Source: an uncultured Gemmatimonadales bacterium (GTDB lineage Bacteria; Gemmatimonadota; Gemmatimonadetes; Gemmatimonadales; GWC2-71-9). From it: a stretch of 64,000 nt of DNA. This document shows positions 62,026 through 64,000 of the stretch, piece by piece (positions within the stretch are counted from its first letter, which is position 1; every line of letters begins with the position of its first letter). Location: contig CAVPHS010000001.1 of assembly GCA_963704805.1 (NCBI GenBank), positions 594,496-658,495 on the forward strand, given 5' to 3'. The translations under genes were made by a program, and so were the position numbers. Below the pieces are notes generated by a model. It was not told the DNA's origin and did no database searches. It saw only the letters and a list, made by a program, of their open reading frames with translations.

Positions 62026-62951
62026 CGCACCTTCTCTCGCAGTGCCCGCATCATCGCTTCCGCCGCCGGTGGATCGAGATTCGCGAGCACGATGAGGTCG
62101 TAGCCCCCCGGTAGATCGGTCTCGACGACCGCGTTGAGCCCGGGCGCGCCGCCCGCGATCCCGAAGCCGAGCCTTGGACCGTTCGGAATCTTCCCCTCGC
62201 GCAACGCATTGAGCAGGCGGAGCAGATCGTGCGCGGTAGAGTAGCCGCCACCTGCTGAACTTCCTCGCCCTGGTAATAGCTCGGAGTTGCGGCCTCCCGT
62301 TGTATAGCCGATAGCGGTGTTCTCCGGCAACGAGTCCACAGCAAAGTGAGCGGTTCGAATCATTCCCGCTGGGTCGTAGATGTGTTTTTGCACGTAGGAG
62401 TAGTAGCTCTCACCAGACAGCCGCTCGACGAGCAGTCCCAACACCACATATCCCGCATTGGAGTATTGCTGTTGCGCACCCGGCTCGAAGCGCATCGGCT
62501 CGTTCACGAACAGCGGCAGAAAGTCGGCGAGCTTGCGGATATCGCTGCGCTTACCGCCCGGTGGGGCATCGAAGATGTTGCCGCCCAGCCCACCGCGATG
62601 CTCGAGCAGCTGGTTAATCGTGACTCGCCGCACCGCTGGATTGGGATAGTCTGGCCAGTAGTGGCCTATGCCCGAATCGATGTTGAGTTTGCCCTGCGCG
62701 GCGAGCTGCCGGATGGCGATTTGCGTGAAGAACTTATTGATCGAGCCCAGGTTGAACGCCGTCTCGACGTTGTTGGCTCGGCCGGCTTCGCGGTCCGCCA
62801 TCCCGTAGGCCTTCTCGAAGACCGACGCGCCACCGCGGGCAATGAGCACGACGCCGGAGAAGTGCTGGGCGGTGACAAGACTGTCGACTGTGGGGCCGAG
62901 GCTCAGGGCCTGCAGCAAGAGGAGGAGTGTCATGCTGTTGAAGACGCTCAC
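62022..62951 (-). CDS. Serine hydrolase (beta-lactamase fold)
   Basis: SINKFFTQIAI (SxxK) and YSNAGY. Confidence 0.8.
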   Translation of the reverse strand: MSVFNSMTLLLLLQALSLGPTVDSLVTAQHFSGVVLIARGGASVFEKAYGMADREAGRANNVETAFNLGSINKFFTQIAIRQLAAQGKLNIDSGIGHYWPDYPNPAVRRVTINQLLEHRGGLGGNIFDAPPGGKRSDIRKLADFLPLFVNEPMRFEPGAQQQYSNAGYVVLGLLVERLSGESYYSYVQKHIYDPAGMIRTAHFAVDSLPENTAIGYTTGGRNSELLPGRGSSAGGGYSTAHDLLRLLNALREGKIPNGPRLGFGIAGGAPGLNAVVETDLPGGYDLIVLANLDPPAAEAMMRALREKVR

Positions 62952-62983
62952 GGCCTCACGAAGGTCGCATAGTTTTCACCCTC

Positions 62984-64000
62984 GTGCTCCTGTCCGCGCT
63001 TGTCCAGACCTCGAACCAGGTGGCCGCCACCTCCGGTCGTCTCGCCAAGATCGAGCTCCTGGCTGACCTGCTGAAGCGGGCCAGCGGCGAGGAGGTCGAG
63101 ATCGTCATCGCCTACCTCTCGGGGACGACGCGCCAGGCCAAGGTGGGTGTCGGGTGGGCGACGCTCCAGGCGGCCCGCGGTCATCCTGCACCGACGCCGA
63201 CCATCGAAATCGGTGACGTGGATGCGACGCTCGAGAGCATCGGAAAGCAGGCAGGGAAGGGGTCGGCGGGTGCCAAGACCAAGCTGTTGGGCGACCTCTT
63301 TGCCCGGGCTACGCGAGAGGAGCAGGACTTTTTGTTTCGGCTGCTAACCGGTGAGCTGCGCCAAGGTGCGCTCGAGGGGATCATGGTCGAAGCGCTCGCG
63401 AAGGCGCGCGATTTACCACCAAATGAAGTGCGGCGCGCCATGATGCTCGCGGGGAATCTGGGCGCCGTGGCGAAGGGTGACCTCTCGAGCTTCAAGATCG
63501 AGCTGTTCCGGGCGATCAAGCCGATGCTCGCGAAGACGGCGACCGATGTGGACGACGCGCTTGCCGAGCTCGGAGGGGGGCCGGCTTCATTCGAGTACAA
63601 GCTGGACGGGATTCGGATTCAGGTGCATAAAAACGCGGATCGGGTGCGCATTTATTCACGCACGCTGAACGACATCACCGCGGAGCTCCCCGCCATTGTC
63701 GACATATCCAAGAGTGTTGATATGAACGAGGGGATACTGGATGGGGAGGCGATCGTGCTTACCGCCGGCAATCGCCCGGTCCGCTTTCAGGAAACAATGA
63801 AGGGTCTCGGCGGCGGCATTCCTTTCTTCTTTGATATCCTCTATCTGGACGGCACGTCCTTGCTGGATCAGCCCTACTCGACGCGCGCCAAGATTCTCGC
63901 CGAGCGCGTCCCGGAATCGCACCGCCCGCCCCGTCTGGTGACGGCCGACGCGAAGCAAGCGCAGGACTTCTTCGACGCCGCCATCGCTGCCGGCCAGGAA
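62984..64000 (+). CDS. ATP-dependent DNA ligase (3' partial; absent from ORF track because unterminated)
   Basis: My own translation: VLLSALVQTSNQVAATSGRLAKIELLADLL...FEYKLDGIRIQVH (KxDG adenylation motif)...ILDGEAIV...FFFDILYLDG. Frame open to base 64000. Confidence 0.85.
   Translation, partial: MLLSALVQTSNQVAATSGRLAKIELLADLLKRASGEEVEIVIAYLSGTTRQAKVGVGWATLQAARGHPAPTPTIEIGDVDATLESIGKQAGKGSAGAKTKLLGDLFARATREEQDFLFRLLTGELRQGALEGIMVEALAKARDLPPNEVRRAMMLAGNLGAVAKGDLSSFKIELFRAIKPMLAKTATDVDDALAELGGGPASFEYKLDGIRIQVHKNADRVRIYSRTLNDITAELPAIVDISKSVDMNEGILDGEAIVLTAGNRPVRFQETMKGLGGGIPFFFDILYLDGTSLLDQPYSTRAKILAERVPESHRPPRLVTADAKQAQDFFDAAIAAGQE

Noticed and set aside
1-64000. Search for tRNA, rRNA, integrase, transposase or phage structural genes to explain the island
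   Set aside because: I recognised none on either strand, so mobility of the 12-27.6 kb segment remains an inference from composition and the gene-X repeats only.

Overview
High-GC bacterial chromosomal window. The repeat families and gene content suggest a soil Gemmatimonadota- or Acidobacteriota-like organism, but I cannot verify this. Core-like content: a 5'-partial UPF0182 membrane protein, DNA-repair genes (AlkD-like, Ogt, 3'-partial ATP-dependent DNA ligase), two GH29 alpha-L-fucosidases, a hexuronate locus (uxaC, uxuA, mannitol-dehydrogenase-family reductase, ExuT-like MFS, Gfo/Idh/MocA, DUF1080, FAH), three serine-hydrolase/beta-lactamase-fold genes, two near-identical DUF1111 di-haem proteins, a Ser/Thr kinase, and toxin-antitoxin pairs (VapBC, RES-Xre, RHH-nucleotidyltransferase). 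The segment ~12.1-27.6 kb is visibly more AT-rich and holds the unusual cargo. The strongest candidate system there is a complete His-Xaa-Ser (Hxs) cluster at 19938-24904. It encodes a signal-peptide precursor ending in ten HxS triplets, two HxsD-like small proteins, two radical-SAM enzymes (HxsB/HxsC-like) and a translationally coupled serine hydrolase. As far as I know, this family is defined only bioinformatically and has no known product. The island also carries an HNH-RecQ fusion helicase, a trypsin-like protease next to a double zinc-ribbon membrane protein, a degenerate GGDEF protein, and a 7-Cys module shared by a small secreted peptide and the tail of an MBL hydrolase. The 3' end plus terminator of the hypothetical gene at 10334-11020 recurs twice more (13939, 17795) and brackets two cargo segments. 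That gene is preceded by a GTCCAC array phased at exact multiples of 21 bp. At least five families of short palindromic or conserved elements occur. One family (CCCCCTCTCC..GGAGAGGGGG) sits inside coding regions, mostly in frame, which resembles Rickettsia palindromic elements. Many genes carry single-nucleotide frameshifts, so assembly indels and real pseudogenisation cannot be told apart here. I saw no rRNA, tRNA, CRISPR array, integrase or transposase.
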